Below are positions 1 to 10,122 of a DNA stretch of 64,000 nt, in pieces; within the stretch, counting starts at the first letter, position 1; each line of letters begins with the position of its first letter. Origin of the DNA: an uncultured Oscillospiraceae bacterium (GTDB taxonomy: Bacteria > Bacillota > Clostridia > Oscillospirales > Oscillospiraceae); NCBI GenBank assembly GCA_947600025.1, contig CANQFY010000001.1:10130-74129 (forward strand), given 5' to 3'. The position numbers were made by a program, and so were the translations under genes. Below the pieces are notes generated by a model. That model saw only the letters and a list, made by a program, of their open reading frames with translations, ran no database searches and was not told the DNA's origin.

Positions 1-581
1 TCCCCCTGGATCAGCACCAGCTTGCCCTGCCGCTGGTAGTAGGTCTTCAGCACCTCGGTGGAGGCGTGGTAGACCTGCAGCCGCTTGCGGACCGTCTCAG
101 CCGTATCGTCGGCGCGGATGATCAGCTCGCCGCCGCACTCGTCGCAGACTCCCTGGGTTTTGGGAGGATTGGCGGCGATGTGATAGCTGGCGCCGCAGTT
201 CTTGCAGACCCTGCGGCCGGTCATCCGGCTCTCGATCACTTGATCGTCGATCTCCAGGGAGATCACATGGTCGATGCGGACGCCCATCCGATCCAGGGCC
301 TCGGCCTGGGCCTGGGTGCGGGGCACCCCATCCAGGATGAAGCCTTTCTCGCAGTCCGGCTTGGCGACCCGCTCTTTGACGATCCCAAGGATCAGCTCGT
401 CGGGCACCAGCAGTCCGCCGTCCATGTACTGTTTCGCCTGGGCGCCCAGTTCGGTGCCATTCTGGATGGCCTCCCTGAGCATATTCCCGGTGGAAATGGC
501 GGGGATCTGGAGCTTTTTCACCAGCAGCTCCGCCTGAGTTCCCTTCCCGGCGCCGGGCGCGCCTAACAGGATGAGATTCAT
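1..581 (-). CDS. adk: Adenylate kinase (partial; 3' end runs off the left edge)
   Basis: ATG at 579-581 (reverse complement) preceded by AAGGAG. Translation starts MNLILLGAPGAGKGTQ (P-loop) and contains a CxxC...CxxC zinc lid. Follows secY as in spc operons. Confidence 0.9.
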   Translation of the reverse strand, partial: MNLILLGAPGAGKGTQAELLVKKLQIPAISTGNMLREAIQNGTELGAQAKQYMDGGLLVPDELILGIVKERVAKPDCEKGFILDGVPRTQAQAEALDRMGVRIDHVISLEIDDQVIESRMTGRRVCKNCGASYHIAANPPKTQGVCDECGGELIIRADDTAETVRKRLQVYHASTEVLKTYYQRQGKLVLIQG

Positions 582-590
582 AGCCGCTCC

Positions 591-1856
591 TTAGTCCAGG
601 AAGCCCTTGTAATGCCGCATGAGCATCTGAGCCTCCAACGCCTTCACGGTCTCCAGGGCAACGCCTACCACGATGATGACGGAGGTGCCGCCGATGGCCA
701 GGTTGCCCACGGCCGGCATCAGGTCGCCGGCAATGATGGGCAGCAGGGCCACAATGGCCAGGTAGACCGCGCCAAATACCAGGATCTTATTGATGACCCG
801 CTGGATAAAGTCGGCGGTGGGCTTGCCGGGACGGAAGCCGGGAATAAAGCCGCCGTTCTTCTTCAGGTTGTTGGAGATCTCCACGGGGTCGTACTGGATG
901 GTGGCGTAGAACCAGCTGAAGAAGAAGATCAGCAGGAAGTAGCACACCGCGTAGAAGGCGCTGTGGGAGCTCATCACATGGACGTACCACCAGTTGGTCT
1001 GGTCGGTGGAGAAGAAGGCGTAGATGGTCGCTGGCAGAGAGGTGATGGAGGAGGCGAAGATCACGGGCATCACGCCGGACATACTGACCTTGATGGGAAG
1101 GTTGGTATTCTGGCCGCCGTAGATCTTCCGGCCCACCACCCGCTTGGCGTACTGGATGGGGATCCGCCGCTCGGCGTCGTTGATGAAGACGATGAACACC
1201 ACCAGCAGCGCCATGGCCACCACCACCAGCAGGATTTGCCACCACACCATGGCGGCCATCCGGCCGATCATGCCGGGGATGCCGGAGATGATGTTGGCGA
1301 ACAGGATCAGGCTGATGCCGTTGCCAATGCCGAACTCGGTGATCTGCTCGCCCAGCCACATGATGGCGGAGGCGCCGGCCGTGTAGCTCAGGATGATTAC
1401 CACGGCGGGCATCCAACCGGTTCTGGTGAGCATACCGCTCTGAGAGGACAGGATGCTGTAATAGCCCCAGCCCAGCAGCAGCGCCAGAGCCACAGTGGTG
1501 TATCGGGTGATTTTCTCGATCTTCTTCTTGCCTTCCTCGCCCTCGTCCTTGGCCATCCGCTCCAGGGCGGGAATAGCGACAGTGAGCAGCTGAATGATAA
1601 TGGATGCGTTGATATAGGGCTGGATGCCCAGAGCCAGGACCTTGGCCTGGGACAGTCCCTGGCCGGACATGGCGTTGAACAAGCCCAGAATGGTGGTGGA
1701 CAGGGTGGCCTCAAAGTAGTTGGCCAGAGCATTGGCGTCCACAAAGGGCACCGGGATGACGCTGGCGATCCGGAACAGCAGCAGCGCCAGAATGGTGAAG
1801 AGCATCTTCTTGCGCAGCTCGGGGATCCCCCAGGCGTTCTTCAGTGTTTGGATCAC
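591..1856 (-). CDS. secY: Preprotein translocase subunit SecY
   Basis: 421-aa multi-pass membrane ORF with a typical SecY sequence (MIQTLKNAWGIPELRKK...). Lies between rplO and adk. Confidence 0.97.
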   Translation of the reverse strand: MIQTLKNAWGIPELRKKMLFTILALLLFRIASVIPVPFVDANALANYFEATLSTTILGLFNAMSGQGLSQAKVLALGIQPYINASIIIQLLTVAIPALERMAKDEGEEGKKKIEKITRYTTVALALLLGWGYYSILSSQSGMLTRTGWMPAVVIILSYTAGASAIMWLGEQITEFGIGNGISLILFANIISGIPGMIGRMAAMVWWQILLVVVAMALLVVFIVFINDAERRIPIQYAKRVVGRKIYGGQNTNLPIKVSMSGVMPVIFASSITSLPATIYAFFSTDQTNWWYVHVMSSHSAFYAVCYFLLIFFFSWFYATIQYDPVEISNNLKKNGGFIPGFRPGKPTADFIQRVINKILVFGAVYLAIVALLPIIAGDLMPAVGNLAIGGTSVIIVVGVALETVKALEAQMLMRHYKGFLD

Positions 1857-2300
1857 TTATACCACCTCGGCCTTTCCGCCTGCCTGCTCGATGATATCCT
1901 TGGCAGACTGGGAGAAAGCCGACGCTTTCACGGTGAGGCGCTTATTCAGTTTTCCGTTGGCCAGGACCTTCACGCCGTTGGCGCAGCTGTGAATCACGCC
2001 CTTGTCCATCAGGGCCTGGGCGTCCACGGTGTCGCCGTCTTCAAAGCAGCGGTTCAGCGCCGCCAGATTGACCTGAGCCATGGGCTTGGCGAAAATGTTG
2101 TGGAAGCCGCGCTTGGGGACCCGGCGAGCCAGAGGCATCTGGCCGCCTTCAAACCCGGCCCGGACCTTGCCGCCGGAGCGGGCCTTCTGGCCCTTGTGGC
2201 CCCGGCCGCCGGTCTTGCCGTTGCCGGTGCCGGGCCCGCGACCCTTGCGTTTGGCTACCTGGGTAGAGCCCACCACAGGAGAAAGCTCAGAAAGTTTCAT
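1857..2300 (-). CDS. rplO: 50S ribosomal protein uL15
   Basis: 147-aa ORF with a Gly/Lys/Arg-rich N-terminus typical of L15. Operon position fits. Confidence 0.97.
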   Translation of the reverse strand: MKLSELSPVVGSTQVAKRKGRGPGTGNGKTGGRGHKGQKARSGGKVRAGFEGGQMPLARRVPKRGFHNIFAKPMAQVNLAALNRCFEDGDTVDAQALMDKGVIHSCANGVKVLANGKLNKRLTVKASAFSQSAKDIIEQAGGKAEVV

Positions 2301-2313
2301 TTCTATTTCCTCC

Positions 2314-2496
2314 TTATTCTACTTCTGTCACCTGGAGCAGATAGCCGATCTTGGCGATCTTGCCCCTGGTCTGGACGTTGTCCGGCTGGATGGTCACCTG
2401 GCCGATTTTCTTCAGACCCAGGGAGGCGGCGGTGGCGATGTGCTTCTCCAGGCGGCCGTTCAGGCTCTTGACCAGCTTGATCTTCAAATTTGCCAT
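2314..2496 (-). CDS. rpmD: 50S ribosomal protein uL30
   Basis: 60-aa ORF ([11 protein letters not shown]...) in the conserved position between rpsE and rplO. Confidence 0.95.
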   Translation of the reverse strand: MANLKIKLVKSLNGRLEKHIATAASLGLKKIGQVTIQPDNVQTRGKIAKIGYLLQVTEVE

Positions 2497-2511
2497 GGTG
2501 CTTCGCCCTCC

Positions 2512-3021
2512 TTACCCTACGATCTGCTCCACGCTCTTGCCCCTTATGGCAGCGACCTGCTCGGGAGAGCGGAGGGCCTTCAGGCCCTGCATGGTGGCCT
2601 TCACCACGTTCTGGGGATTGTTGGAGCGCAGGCACTTGGCGCAGATGTTCTTGATTCCCACAGCCTCCATCACCGCGCGAACCGCGCCGCCGGCAATGAC
2701 GCCGGTGCCTTCGGGGGCGGGCTTCAGGAGGACGGAGCCGGCTCCGAACACACCGATGATGTCATGGGGAATGGTGGTGCCGGCCAGGGAGACCTTGACC
2801 ATGTTCTTCTTGGCGTCGGCGATGCCCTTGAGGATGGCCTCGGAGACCTCGGCGGCCTTGCCCAGGCCGTAGCCCACGGTACCCTTGCCGTCGCCCACCA
2901 CCACCAGAGCGGAGAACTTCATGACACGGCCGCCCTTGACGGTCTTGCTGACCCGGTTGAGATAGACGACCTTCTCAATAAATTCAGAGGGCTCGTCCTT
3001 GGGAGTTCTGTTATAAGGCAT
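2512..3021 (-). CDS. rpsE: 30S ribosomal protein uS5
   Basis: 169-aa ORF with the S5 motif [10 protein letters not shown] and matching operon order. Confidence 0.97.
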   Translation of the reverse strand: MPYNRTPKDEPSEFIEKVVYLNRVSKTVKGGRVMKFSALVVVGDGKGTVGYGLGKAAEVSEAILKGIADAKKNMVKVSLAGTTIPHDIIGVFGAGSVLLKPAPEGTGVIAGGAVRAVMEAVGIKNICAKCLRSNNPQNVVKATMQGLKALRSPEQVAAIRGKSVEQIVG

Positions 3022-3039
3022 TTTGTTTCCTCCTCTACC

Positions 3040-3399
3040 TTAGAACTTGAGGCCGCCATCTCTGGCGCCTTCCGCGAGGGCAGCCACGCGGCCGTGGTAC
3101 AGGTAGCCGCTCCGGTCAAAGACGGCTTCCTCGATGCCCTTTTCCTTGGCCCGCTCCGCCAGGAGCTGGCCCACCTTCTTGGCGGCCTCGCAGTTGCCCG
3201 CGGCGCCTTCAAAGGCCTTCTCCAGCGTGTTGGCGCTGGCCAGGGTAACCCCGTTCACGTCGTCGATCAGCTGGGCGTAGATGTTGGCGTTGCTGCGGAA
3301 GACGTTCAGGCGGGGACGCTGGGGGGTGCCGGAGATCTTTCCGCGGACGCGGACGTGGCGCTTGACGCGCATAGCGTTCTTATTGACTTTGCTAACCAT
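3040..3399 (-). CDS. rplR: 50S ribosomal protein uL18
   Basis: 119-aa ORF ([25 protein letters not shown]), characteristic of L18. Confidence 0.97.
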   Translation of the reverse strand: MVSKVNKNAMRVKRHVRVRGKISGTPQRPRLNVFRSNANIYAQLIDDVNGVTLASANTLEKAFEGAAGNCEAAKKVGQLLAERAKEKGIEEAVFDRSGYLYHGRVAALAEGARDGGLKF

Positions 3400-3414
3400 T
3401 TCGGCACACCTCCA

Positions 3415-3960
3415 TTACTTCTTGCCGCCGGCCTTACCGGCCTTGCGGCGGATGACCTCAGTGGTATACTTGATGCCCTTGCCCTTGTAGGGTTCGGGAG
3501 GCCGCTTGCCCCGGACCTCGGCGGCAAACTGACCCACAGCCTGCTTGTCGATGCCGTTGATGACGACCTTGTTGGGGGCGGGCACGTCGATGGTGATGCC
3601 GGGGATCTCGTCCACGATGACCTCGTGGGAGTAGCCCAGACGCATGACCAGCTGGTTGCCCTTCTTCTCGGCCCGGTAGCCGGTGCCGTTGATTTCCAGT
3701 TCTTTGGAGTAGCCCTTCTCCACGCCCTCCACCATGTTGTGGATCAGGGTGCGGGTCAGGCCGTGGAGGCTCTTGTGCAAATGCTCGTCGTCAGGACGGC
3801 TGACGGTGAGCTCGTTGCCCTCCACCTTCAGGATCATGTCGGGGTGGAAGGTGTTGGTCAGGGTGCCCTTGGGGCCCTTGACGGTCACCACGTTGCCCTC
3901 GGCAATGGTCACGGTGCAGTTCGCCGGGATGGTCACCGGCTTCTTTCCGATTCTAGACAT
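3415..3960 (-). CDS. rplF: 50S ribosomal protein uL6
   Basis: 181-aa ORF starting [12 protein letters not shown], characteristic of L6. Confidence 0.97.
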   Translation of the reverse strand: MSRIGKKPVTIPANCTVTIAEGNVVTVKGPKGTLTNTFHPDMILKVEGNELTVSRPDDEHLHKSLHGLTRTLIHNMVEGVEKGYSKELEINGTGYRAEKKGNQLVMRLGYSHEVIVDEIPGITIDVPAPNKVVINGIDKQAVGQFAAEVRGKRPPEPYKGKGIKYTTEVIRRKAGKAGGKK

Positions 3961-3973
3961 TTTCCGCTCCTCC

Positions 3974-4372
3974 TTACCAAACGAAAGCCAGGACTTCGCC
4001 GCCGATGTGCAGCTCCCGGGCCTTCTTGTCGGTCATAACGCCCTTGGAGGTGGAGATGATGGCGATTCCCAGGCCCTTCAGCACGCTGGGAAGCTCATCC
4101 GCACCGGCATAGACCCGGAGGCCGGGCTTGGAGACCCGGCGCAGGCCGGAGAGGACCTGCTGCTTCTTGGCCTGATACTTCAGCGTGATGTGAATGACGC
4201 CCTGATTCCCGTTGTCCACCAGGGTGAAGGCCTTGATATAGCCCTCCTCCAGCAGGATCTGGGCGATGGCGTTCTTCAAATTGGAGGCGGGCACGTCCAC
4301 AGTGTCGTGCTTGGCGGCGTTGGCGTTCCGGATGCGGGTCAGCATATCGGCGACGGGATCGGTGATTTGCAT
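3974..4372 (-). CDS. rpsH: 30S ribosomal protein uS8
   Basis: 132-aa ORF starting [17 protein letters not shown], characteristic of S8. Confidence 0.97.
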   Translation of the reverse strand: MQITDPVADMLTRIRNANAAKHDTVDVPASNLKNAIAQILLEEGYIKAFTLVDNGNQGVIHITLKYQAKKQQVLSGLRRVSKPGLRVYAGADELPSVLKGLGIAIISTSKGVMTDKKARELHIGGEVLAFVW

Positions 4373-4510
4373 ATATGGTTTCCTCCTTTTAAGAAGCTAC
4401 GGGCTAAACCCGTTGTCGGCCCGGGGGTATCCGGGGAATGTGGGCAGGCACGCCTGCCCCATCTTCCCGGGACGAGCCGGACCCGGTTTACATTGGAATA
4501 CGACCTTCCC

Positions 4511-4696
4511 TTACCAGCTGGCCTTGCGGACGCCGGGGATCTGGCCCTTATAGGCCAGCTCGCGGAAGCAGATACGGCAGATGCCGTAGTTGCGCAGGTA
4601 GGCATGGGGCCGGCCGCAGATCTTGCACCGGTTGTAGTGCCGGCTGGAGAACTTGGGGGCGGCCTGCTGTTTCAGAATCATTGCTTTCTTCGCCAT
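4511..4696 (-). CDS. rpsN: 30S ribosomal protein uS14, zinc-binding type Z
   Basis: 61-aa ORF with CKICGR...CRICFRE (CxxC-x-CxxC). Confidence 0.96.
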   Translation of the reverse strand: MAKKAMILKQQAAPKFSSRHYNRCKICGRPHAYLRNYGICRICFRELAYKGQIPGVRKASW

Positions 4697-4710
4697 GGAT
4701 CTGTACCTCC

Positions 4711-5253
4711 TTAGGTGTAGAAGGGAGCGCCCAGCTGGGTCAGCAGCTCTTTGGCTTCCTCATCGGTGGTGGCGGTGGTGCATACGCAGATGTCCATGCC
4801 GCGGATCTTATCCACCTTGTCGTACTCGATCTCGGGGAAGATCAGCTGCTCCTTCAGGCCCAGGGCGTAGTTGCCGCGGCCGTCAAAGGAGTTGGGATTG
4901 ATGCCCCGGAAGTCGCGGACCCGGGGAAGGGCCACGCTGAACAGCTTATCCAGGAACTCGTACATCTTGGAGCCCCGCAGGGTGACCTTCACGCCCACGG
5001 TCTCGCCTTCCCGGACCTTGAAGTTGGCCACGGATTTCCGCGCCTTGGTGGTGATGGGCTTCTGGCCGGTGATGGCGGCGATGTCCTTGCAGATGGCCTC
5101 GATCTCCTTGGCGTTGTTCTTGCTGTCGCCGCAGCCCACGTTGACCACGACCTTGTCCAGCTTGGGGATCTGCATGACGCTCTTGTAGCCGAATTTCTTA
5201 TTCAGAGCGGGAGCGATCTCGGCGGTGTACTTCTCTTGCAGTCTGCTAGCCAT
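4711..5253 (-). CDS. rplE: 50S ribosomal protein uL5
   Basis: 180-aa ORF starting MASRLQEKY, with the typical L5 core. Confidence 0.97.
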   Translation of the reverse strand: MASRLQEKYTAEIAPALNKKFGYKSVMQIPKLDKVVVNVGCGDSKNNAKEIEAICKDIAAITGQKPITTKARKSVANFKVREGETVGVKVTLRGSKMYEFLDKLFSVALPRVRDFRGINPNSFDGRGNYALGLKEQLIFPEIEYDKVDKIRGMDICVCTTATTDEEAKELLTQLGAPFYT

Positions 5254-5271
5254 TGTCGATCTCCTCCTTCA

Positions 5272-5577
5272 TCAGATTTCGGCGCCGCACTTGCGGCAAA
5301 CGCGGGTCTTCTTCTCACCCTCAACCTTGAAGCCGATCCGAACGCCCTTGTCGCACTTGGGGCAGTACAGGGCGACCTTGCAGGCCCGGATGGGGGTCTC
5401 CCGCTTGATGATGCCGCCGGGCTCCCCCTGACGGCGGGGCTTGGTGTGGCAGGTGGCCAGATTGACCTTCTCCACAATGACCATTTCCTTCTTGGGCATG
5501 GCGGTGAGGACCTTGCCCTTCACGCCCTTGTCCTTGCCGGACAGGACGATCACGGTATCGTTTTTCTTAATGTTCAT
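5272..5577 (-). CDS. rplX: 50S ribosomal protein uL24 (with a C-terminal CxxC...CxxC)
   Basis: 101-aa ORF with a KOW-type N-terminus (KKNDTVIVLSGKDKG). The C-terminus reads YCPKCDKG...VCRKCGAEI. Confidence 0.95.
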   Translation of the reverse strand: MNIKKNDTVIVLSGKDKGVKGKVLTAMPKKEMVIVEKVNLATCHTKPRRQGEPGGIIKRETPIRACKVALYCPKCDKGVRIGFKVEGEKKTRVCRKCGAEI

Positions 5578-5592
5578 ATCTTCGGTTCCCCC

Positions 5593-5961
5593 TTAGATGA
5601 CTTCGGGCGCCAGGGAAAGGATCTTCATGTAGTCCCGCTCCCGCAGTTCCCGCGCCACCGGTCCAAAGATACGGGTGCCTCTGGGGTTCTTGTCGTCCCG
5701 GATCAGCACCGCCGCGTTCTCATCGAAGCGGACGTAGGTGCCGTCTTCCCGGCGCAGGCCCCGTTTGGTGCGGACGATGACGGCCTTGACCACCTCGCCC
5801 TTCTTCACCGTGCCGCCGGGGGTGGCCTTCCGGACGGAAGCCACGATCACATCGCCGATGTTGCCGGTCTTCCGCTTGGAGCCGCCCAGGACCCGGATGC
5901 AGTGAATTTCCTTAGCGCCGGTGTTGTCGGCGACTTTCAGGTAACTCTCCTGTTGAATCAT
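5593..5961 (-). CDS. rplN: 50S ribosomal protein uL14
   Basis: 122-aa ORF starting [17 protein letters not shown], characteristic of L14. Confidence 0.98.
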   Translation of the reverse strand: MIQQESYLKVADNTGAKEIHCIRVLGGSKRKTGNIGDVIVASVRKATPGGTVKKGEVVKAVIVRTKRGLRREDGTYVRFDENAAVLIRDDKNPRGTRIFGPVARELRERDYMKILSLAPEVI

Positions 5962-5976
5962 AGCCTACCGACCTCC

Positions 5977-6240
5977 TTACTTCGCCTTTTCGATGATACG
6001 GACCAGCCGCCATCTCTTGTCCTTGGACAGGGGTCTGGTCTCCATGACCTCCACGGTGTCGCCGATGCCGCAGGCGTTTTCCTCGTCGTGGGCCTTCAGC
6101 TTGTAAGTCCGCTTCAGGGTCTTCTTGTACAGAGGATGCTGGACGCTGTCCTCAATCGCAACCACAATGGTCTTGTCCATCTTGTCGGAGACGACCTGAC
6201 CAATTCTGGTTTTGCGGAAAGCTCTTGTATTCTCACTCAT
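5977..6240 (-). CDS. rpsQ: 30S ribosomal protein uS17
   Basis: 87-aa ORF. Operon position and sequence are typical of S17. Confidence 0.96.
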   Translation of the reverse strand: MSENTRAFRKTRIGQVVSDKMDKTIVVAIEDSVQHPLYKKTLKRTYKLKAHDEENACGIGDTVEVMETRPLSKDKRWRLVRIIEKAK

Positions 6241-6254
6241 TCTGGCTTACCTCC

Positions 6255-6458
6255 TCAGACATTGGTCTGCTTCTGCCGGATGATGGTCTTGATCTGGGCG
6301 ATGTCCTTCTTGACCGCCGTGATCTGCATGGGGTTATCCAGCTGGTTGGTGGCGTGCTGCATCCGCAGCATGAACAGGTCCTTCTTCAGGTCCTGGAGCT
6401 TCTTCTGAAGGTCTTCCACGGACAGGGCCTTGGTCTTCTCTAGTTCCTTCGCCTTCAT
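6255..6458 (-). CDS. rpmC: 50S ribosomal protein uL29
   Basis: 67-aa helical ORF between rplP and rpsQ. Confidence 0.95.
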   Translation of the reverse strand: MKAKELEKTKALSVEDLQKKLQDLKKDLFMLRMQHATNQLDNPMQITAVKKDIAQIKTIIRQKQTNV

Positions 6459-6895
6459 TACTCTTCACCGCCAATCTCAGTATCGGGAGCTTCCTTGGGG
6501 ATGATGCGGGTCTTGATGGGCAGCTTGTGCTGGGCCAGGCGCAGGGCCTCCTTCGCCGTGGACTCGTCCACGCCGCCGATCTCGAACATCACCTTCTGGT
6601 TCTTCACCACAGCGACCCAGCCCTCGGGAGCGCCTTTACCGGAACCCATACGGGTGCCCAGGCCCTTCTTGGAGTAGGGCTTGTCGGGGAAGATCTTGAT
6701 CCAGACCTTGCCGCCACGCTTGGTGTAACGGGTCATGGCGATACGGGCGGCCTCGATCTGATTGCCGGAGATCCAGCCGGGCTCCAGAGCCTGGATGCCG
6801 TAGTCGCCGTAGGAAACCTTATTGCCGCGGGAGGCCGCGCCGGTCATACGGCCGCGCTGCACCTTGCGGTACTTTACTCTTTTGGGCATCAGCAT
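6458..6895 (-). CDS. rplP: 50S ribosomal protein uL16
   Basis: 145-aa ORF starting [11 protein letters not shown], characteristic of L16. Confidence 0.98.
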   Translation of the reverse strand: MLMPKRVKYRKVQRGRMTGAASRGNKVSYGDYGIQALEPGWISGNQIEAARIAMTRYTKRGGKVWIKIFPDKPYSKKGLGTRMGSGKGAPEGWVAVVKNQKVMFEIGGVDESTAKEALRLAQHKLPIKTRIIPKEAPDTEIGGEE

Positions 6896-7677
6896 CAGCG
6901 GGTTCCTCCTTCTCTGCGGGTACGGGGCCGGTCAGAGCCGGAGCCCCGGCGGTCACCACCGCGATCCCCGCCCGGACGGCGGTCCCGACGGTCCCGGCGC
7001 TCGCGGCGCTCACGAGGAGCGGGCTCCGGCGCGGCGGCGCGGAGGGTGGTGTTCAGAACCTCGCCCTTGTAGATCCACACCTTGACGCCGATGCGGCCGT
7101 AGGTGGTGGCAGCCTCGGCAAAGCCGTACTCAATGTCGGCCCGGAGGGTCTGCAGGGGGATGGTCCCTTCGTGATAGGATTCGCTCCGGGCGATCTCAGC
7201 GCCGCCCAGACGGCCGCCGCAGGTGACCTTGATGCCCTTGGCGCCAAGGCGGGTGGCGGTCTGCATGGCCTTCTTCATGGCCCGGCGGAAGGAGATCCGC
7301 TTCTCCAGCTGCTGGGCAATGTTCTCGGCCACCAGCTGGGCGTTCAGGTCCGGGCTGCGGATCTCAACGATGTTCAGAGCGACGCTCTTACCCAGCTTGG
7401 CTTCCATCTCCTTGCGGAGATTCTCGATGTCCGCGCCGGCCTTGCCAATGACCACGCCGGGGCGGGAGCAGTTGATGTTGATCTTGATCTTGCCGCTGGA
7501 GCGCTCGATCTCGATCTTGGCGACGCCCGCGTTATACAGGCGCTTCTTCAGATATTTCCGGATGTTATAGTCCTCAACGATCAGGTCGCCGACCTGCTCC
7601 TCCCGGGCATACCAGCGGGAGTCCCAGTCCTTGATCACGCCGACCCGCAGACCATGGGGATTGACTTTCTGTCCCAT
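6895..7677 (-). CDS. rpsC: 30S ribosomal protein uS3 with an Arg/Asp/Gly-rich C-terminal tail
   Basis: 260-aa ORF starting [13 protein letters not shown]. About 50 extra C-terminal residues are low complexity ([24 protein letters not shown]...). Confidence 0.96.
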   Translation of the reverse strand: MGQKVNPHGLRVGVIKDWDSRWYAREEQVGDLIVEDYNIRKYLKKRLYNAGVAKIEIERSSGKIKININCSRPGVVIGKAGADIENLRKEMEAKLGKSVALNIVEIRSPDLNAQLVAENIAQQLEKRISFRRAMKKAMQTATRLGAKGIKVTCGGRLGGAEIARSESYHEGTIPLQTLRADIEYGFAEAATTYGRIGVKVWIYKGEVLNTTLRAAAPEPAPRERRERRDRRDRRPGGDRGGDRRGSGSDRPRTRREGGTR

Positions 7678-7690
7678 AGCAACCTCCTGA

Positions 7691-8026
7691 TTAAGCCTTC
7701 TCGCTCACACCGATGGTGATGTGAGTAGTTCTCTTGAGAATACGAACGAAGCCCCGGCGGGACGCGATGCGGCCGCGCTTCAGGGTGGGGCCGGGATTGG
7801 CCACCACGGTGGAGACATACAGGCTCTCCGGGTTCATCCCGTGATTGTGCTCGGCATTGGCCACGGCGCTGCTCAGCAGCTTCCGCATGGGCTCACAGGC
7901 GGCCTTGGAGGTCTGGTTCAGGTAGGCTTTGGCGGTGTTGACGTCCTTGCCCCGGATCATGTCGCAGACCAGCTGGACCTTGCGGGGAGACATCCGGACG
8001 TATTTGACATGGGCAAACGCTTCCAT
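7691..8026 (-). CDS. rplV: 50S ribosomal protein uL22
   Basis: 111-aa ORF in the conserved position with L22-like sequence. Confidence 0.96.
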   Translation of the reverse strand: MEAFAHVKYVRMSPRKVQLVCDMIRGKDVNTAKAYLNQTSKAACEPMRKLLSSAVANAEHNHGMNPESLYVSTVVANPGPTLKRGRIASRRGFVRILKRTTHITIGVSEKA

Positions 8027-8038
8027 ACTCCTACCTCC

Positions 8039-8317
8039 TTACTTCGCGTTGGCGGTCTTGCTGCCAGAGTGACCCCGGAAGGTTCTGGTCGGCACGAACT
8101 CGCCCAGCTTGTGACCCACCATGTCCTCGGTGATATACACGGGAACGTGCTTCCGGCCGTCATGGACGGCGATGGTGTGACCGACGAAGGAGGGGAAAAT
8201 CGTGGAAGCCCTGGACCAAGTCTTGAGGACTTTCTTTTCTCCGGCCTTGTTCAGCTCCTCGATGCGCTTATACAGCTCGGGAGCGACAAACGGGCCTTTC
8301 TTGACGCTTCTGCTCAT
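8039..8317 (-). CDS. rpsS: 30S ribosomal protein uS19
   Basis: 92-aa ORF starting [10 protein letters not shown], characteristic of S19. Confidence 0.98.
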   Translation of the reverse strand: MSRSVKKGPFVAPELYKRIEELNKAGEKKVLKTWSRASTIFPSFVGHTIAVHDGRKHVPVYITEDMVGHKLGEFVPTRTFRGHSGSKTANAK

Positions 8318-8331
8318 TTCTCATATCCTCC

Positions 8332-9168
8332 TTACTTGCTGTTTCTGCGCTTGACGATGAACTTGTTGGTGCGGTTCTTCGTCTTGCGGGTCTTGTAGCC
8401 CAGAGCCGGCTTGCCCCAAGGCGTGACAGGCCCGGGACGGCCCACCGGGGCGCGGCCTTCGCCGCCGCCGTGGGGGTGGTCGTTGGGGTTCATCACGGAG
8501 CCGCGGACGGTGGGACGGATGCCCATGTGGCGCTTCCGGCCGGCCTTGCCGACGTGGACGTTCTCATGGTCCAGGTTGCCCACCTGACCGATGCAGGCGG
8601 TGCAGTTGGTCCGAACGTAGCGGACCTCGCCGCTGGGCAGACGGACCTGGGCCAGCTCGCCTTCCTTGGCCATCAGCTGGGCGGCGGCGCCGGCGCTGCG
8701 CACCAGCTGGGCGCCCCGGCCGGGGTTGAGCTCCACATTGTGGATCACGGTACCCACGGGGATGTTGGCGATGGGCAGGCAGTTGCCGGGCTTGATGTCG
8801 GCGCTGGGGGAGGAAACCACCTGGTCCCCGGCCTTCAGGCCGTAGGGCGCCAGAATGTAGCTCAGGGTGCCGTCCTCGTACTTTACCAGGGCGATGAAGG
8901 CGCTCCGGTTGGGGTCGTACTCCAGGCGCTGGACGGTGGCGGGCATATCCTGCTTGGCCCGGTGGAAATCGATGATACGGTACTTCCGCTTGTTGCCGCC
9001 GCCGCGGTGGCGGACGGTGATGTGGCCGTAGCTGTTGCGGCCGGCGTGCTTTTTGACGGTCTCGACCAGGCTGCGCTCGGGCTTGGCCTTCTTATCCACG
9101 CCGTCGAAGCCGGACACGGTCATTCCTCTCCGGGCGGGAGTATAGGGCTTATAGGATTTGATAGCCAT
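8332..9168 (-). CDS. rplB: 50S ribosomal protein uL2
   Basis: 278-aa ORF with the motifs [16 protein letters not shown] and HPHGGGEG. Confidence 0.98.
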   Translation of the reverse strand: MAIKSYKPYTPARRGMTVSGFDGVDKKAKPERSLVETVKKHAGRNSYGHITVRHRGGGNKRKYRIIDFHRAKQDMPATVQRLEYDPNRSAFIALVKYEDGTLSYILAPYGLKAGDQVVSSPSADIKPGNCLPIANIPVGTVIHNVELNPGRGAQLVRSAGAAAQLMAKEGELAQVRLPSGEVRYVRTNCTACIGQVGNLDHENVHVGKAGRKRHMGIRPTVRGSVMNPNDHPHGGGEGRAPVGRPGPVTPWGKPALGYKTRKTKNRTNKFIVKRRNSK

Positions 9169-9186
9169 TTTTATGCTCCTTTCCGG

Positions 9187-9483
9187 TTAGACCATGCCTT
9201 CAAAGAACTCGATGGTCTTGGAGTCCTTCGTCAGTTTGACCATTGCCTTCTTGTAGGCGGGACGGCGGCCCATGGGATAGGCGCCGGTGCGCTTCTGCTT
9301 GCCCTGCATCCGCAGGGTGGTGACCTTTTCCACCTGCACACCGAAAATCTCCTCCACAGCGGCCTTGATCTCGGGCTTGGCGGCGTTGATGTCCACCATG
9401 AAGACGTACTTCTTATCCGCCACGTTTTCCATGGACTGCTCGGTGATCACCGGGCGCTTGATGATGTCGTAAGCATTGCTCAT
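9187..9483 (-). CDS. rplW: 50S ribosomal protein uL23
   Basis: 98-aa ORF in the conserved position with L23-like sequence. Confidence 0.95.
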   Translation of the reverse strand: MSNAYDIIKRPVITEQSMENVADKKYVFMVDINAAKPEIKAAVEEIFGVQVEKVTTLRMQGKQKRTGAYPMGRRPAYKKAMVKLTKDSKTIEFFEGMV

Positions 9484-10103
9484 GCAAATACCTCCTCGAT
9501 CTTGGCCAAAGCCGCCTGATCCAGCACCAGCTTGCCGCTGTTCAGCACGTCGTAGACGTTGATCAGGTTGGCAAAGGTGACCTGGCAGCCGGGGATGTTC
9601 CGCCCGGAGAGGACCACGTTGGCGTCAGGGGCGGCGGTGACGACCAGCACCTTGCCCTCGGCGCCCACGGCGCCCAGGAACTGGGCGAAGGGCTTGGTCT
9701 TGGGGCTCTCCACCTGGATGCTGTCGATGACCAGGATGTTGCCTTCGCTGGCCTTGGCGCTGAGCACGCTCTTGAGCGCCAGGCGGCGGGCCTTCTTATT
9801 TAAGGTGTAGCTGTAATCCCGGGGCTTGGGGGCAAACACGATGCCGCCATGGGTCCACTGGGGAGCCCGGGTGCTGCCCTGACGGGCCCGACCGGTGCCC
9901 TTCTGCTTCCAGGGCTTCCGGCCGCCGCCGGAAACCTCCGCCCGGGTCAGGGCGGACTGGGTGCCCTGCCGGCAGTTGGCCAGGTGATTCTTCACCACGT
10001 CGTGGACCACGGACTCGTTGGGCTCGATGCCGAAAATGGCTTCGGACAGTTCGATCTCGCCCACCTGCTTGCCGGACATATCATAAACATTCGTCTTCAG
10101 CAT
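9480..10103 (-). CDS. rplD: 50S ribosomal protein uL4
   Basis: 207-aa ORF containing SGGGRKPWKQKGTGRAR, characteristic of L4. Confidence 0.97.
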   Translation of the reverse strand: MLKTNVYDMSGKQVGEIELSEAIFGIEPNESVVHDVVKNHLANCRQGTQSALTRAEVSGGGRKPWKQKGTGRARQGSTRAPQWTHGGIVFAPKPRDYSYTLNKKARRLALKSVLSAKASEGNILVIDSIQVESPKTKPFAQFLGAVGAEGKVLVVTAAPDANVVLSGRNIPGCQVTFANLINVYDVLNSGKLVLDQAALAKIEEVFA

Positions 10104-10122
10104 GTGCTACGATCTCCTTTCC

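Noticed and set aside
612-2471. 619-aa plus-strand ORF across secY and rplO.
   Set aside because: It is antisense to strongly conserved genes. The translation is Gly/Asp/His/Ala/Gln-rich low complexity, typical of stop-free reverse frames in high-GC DNA.
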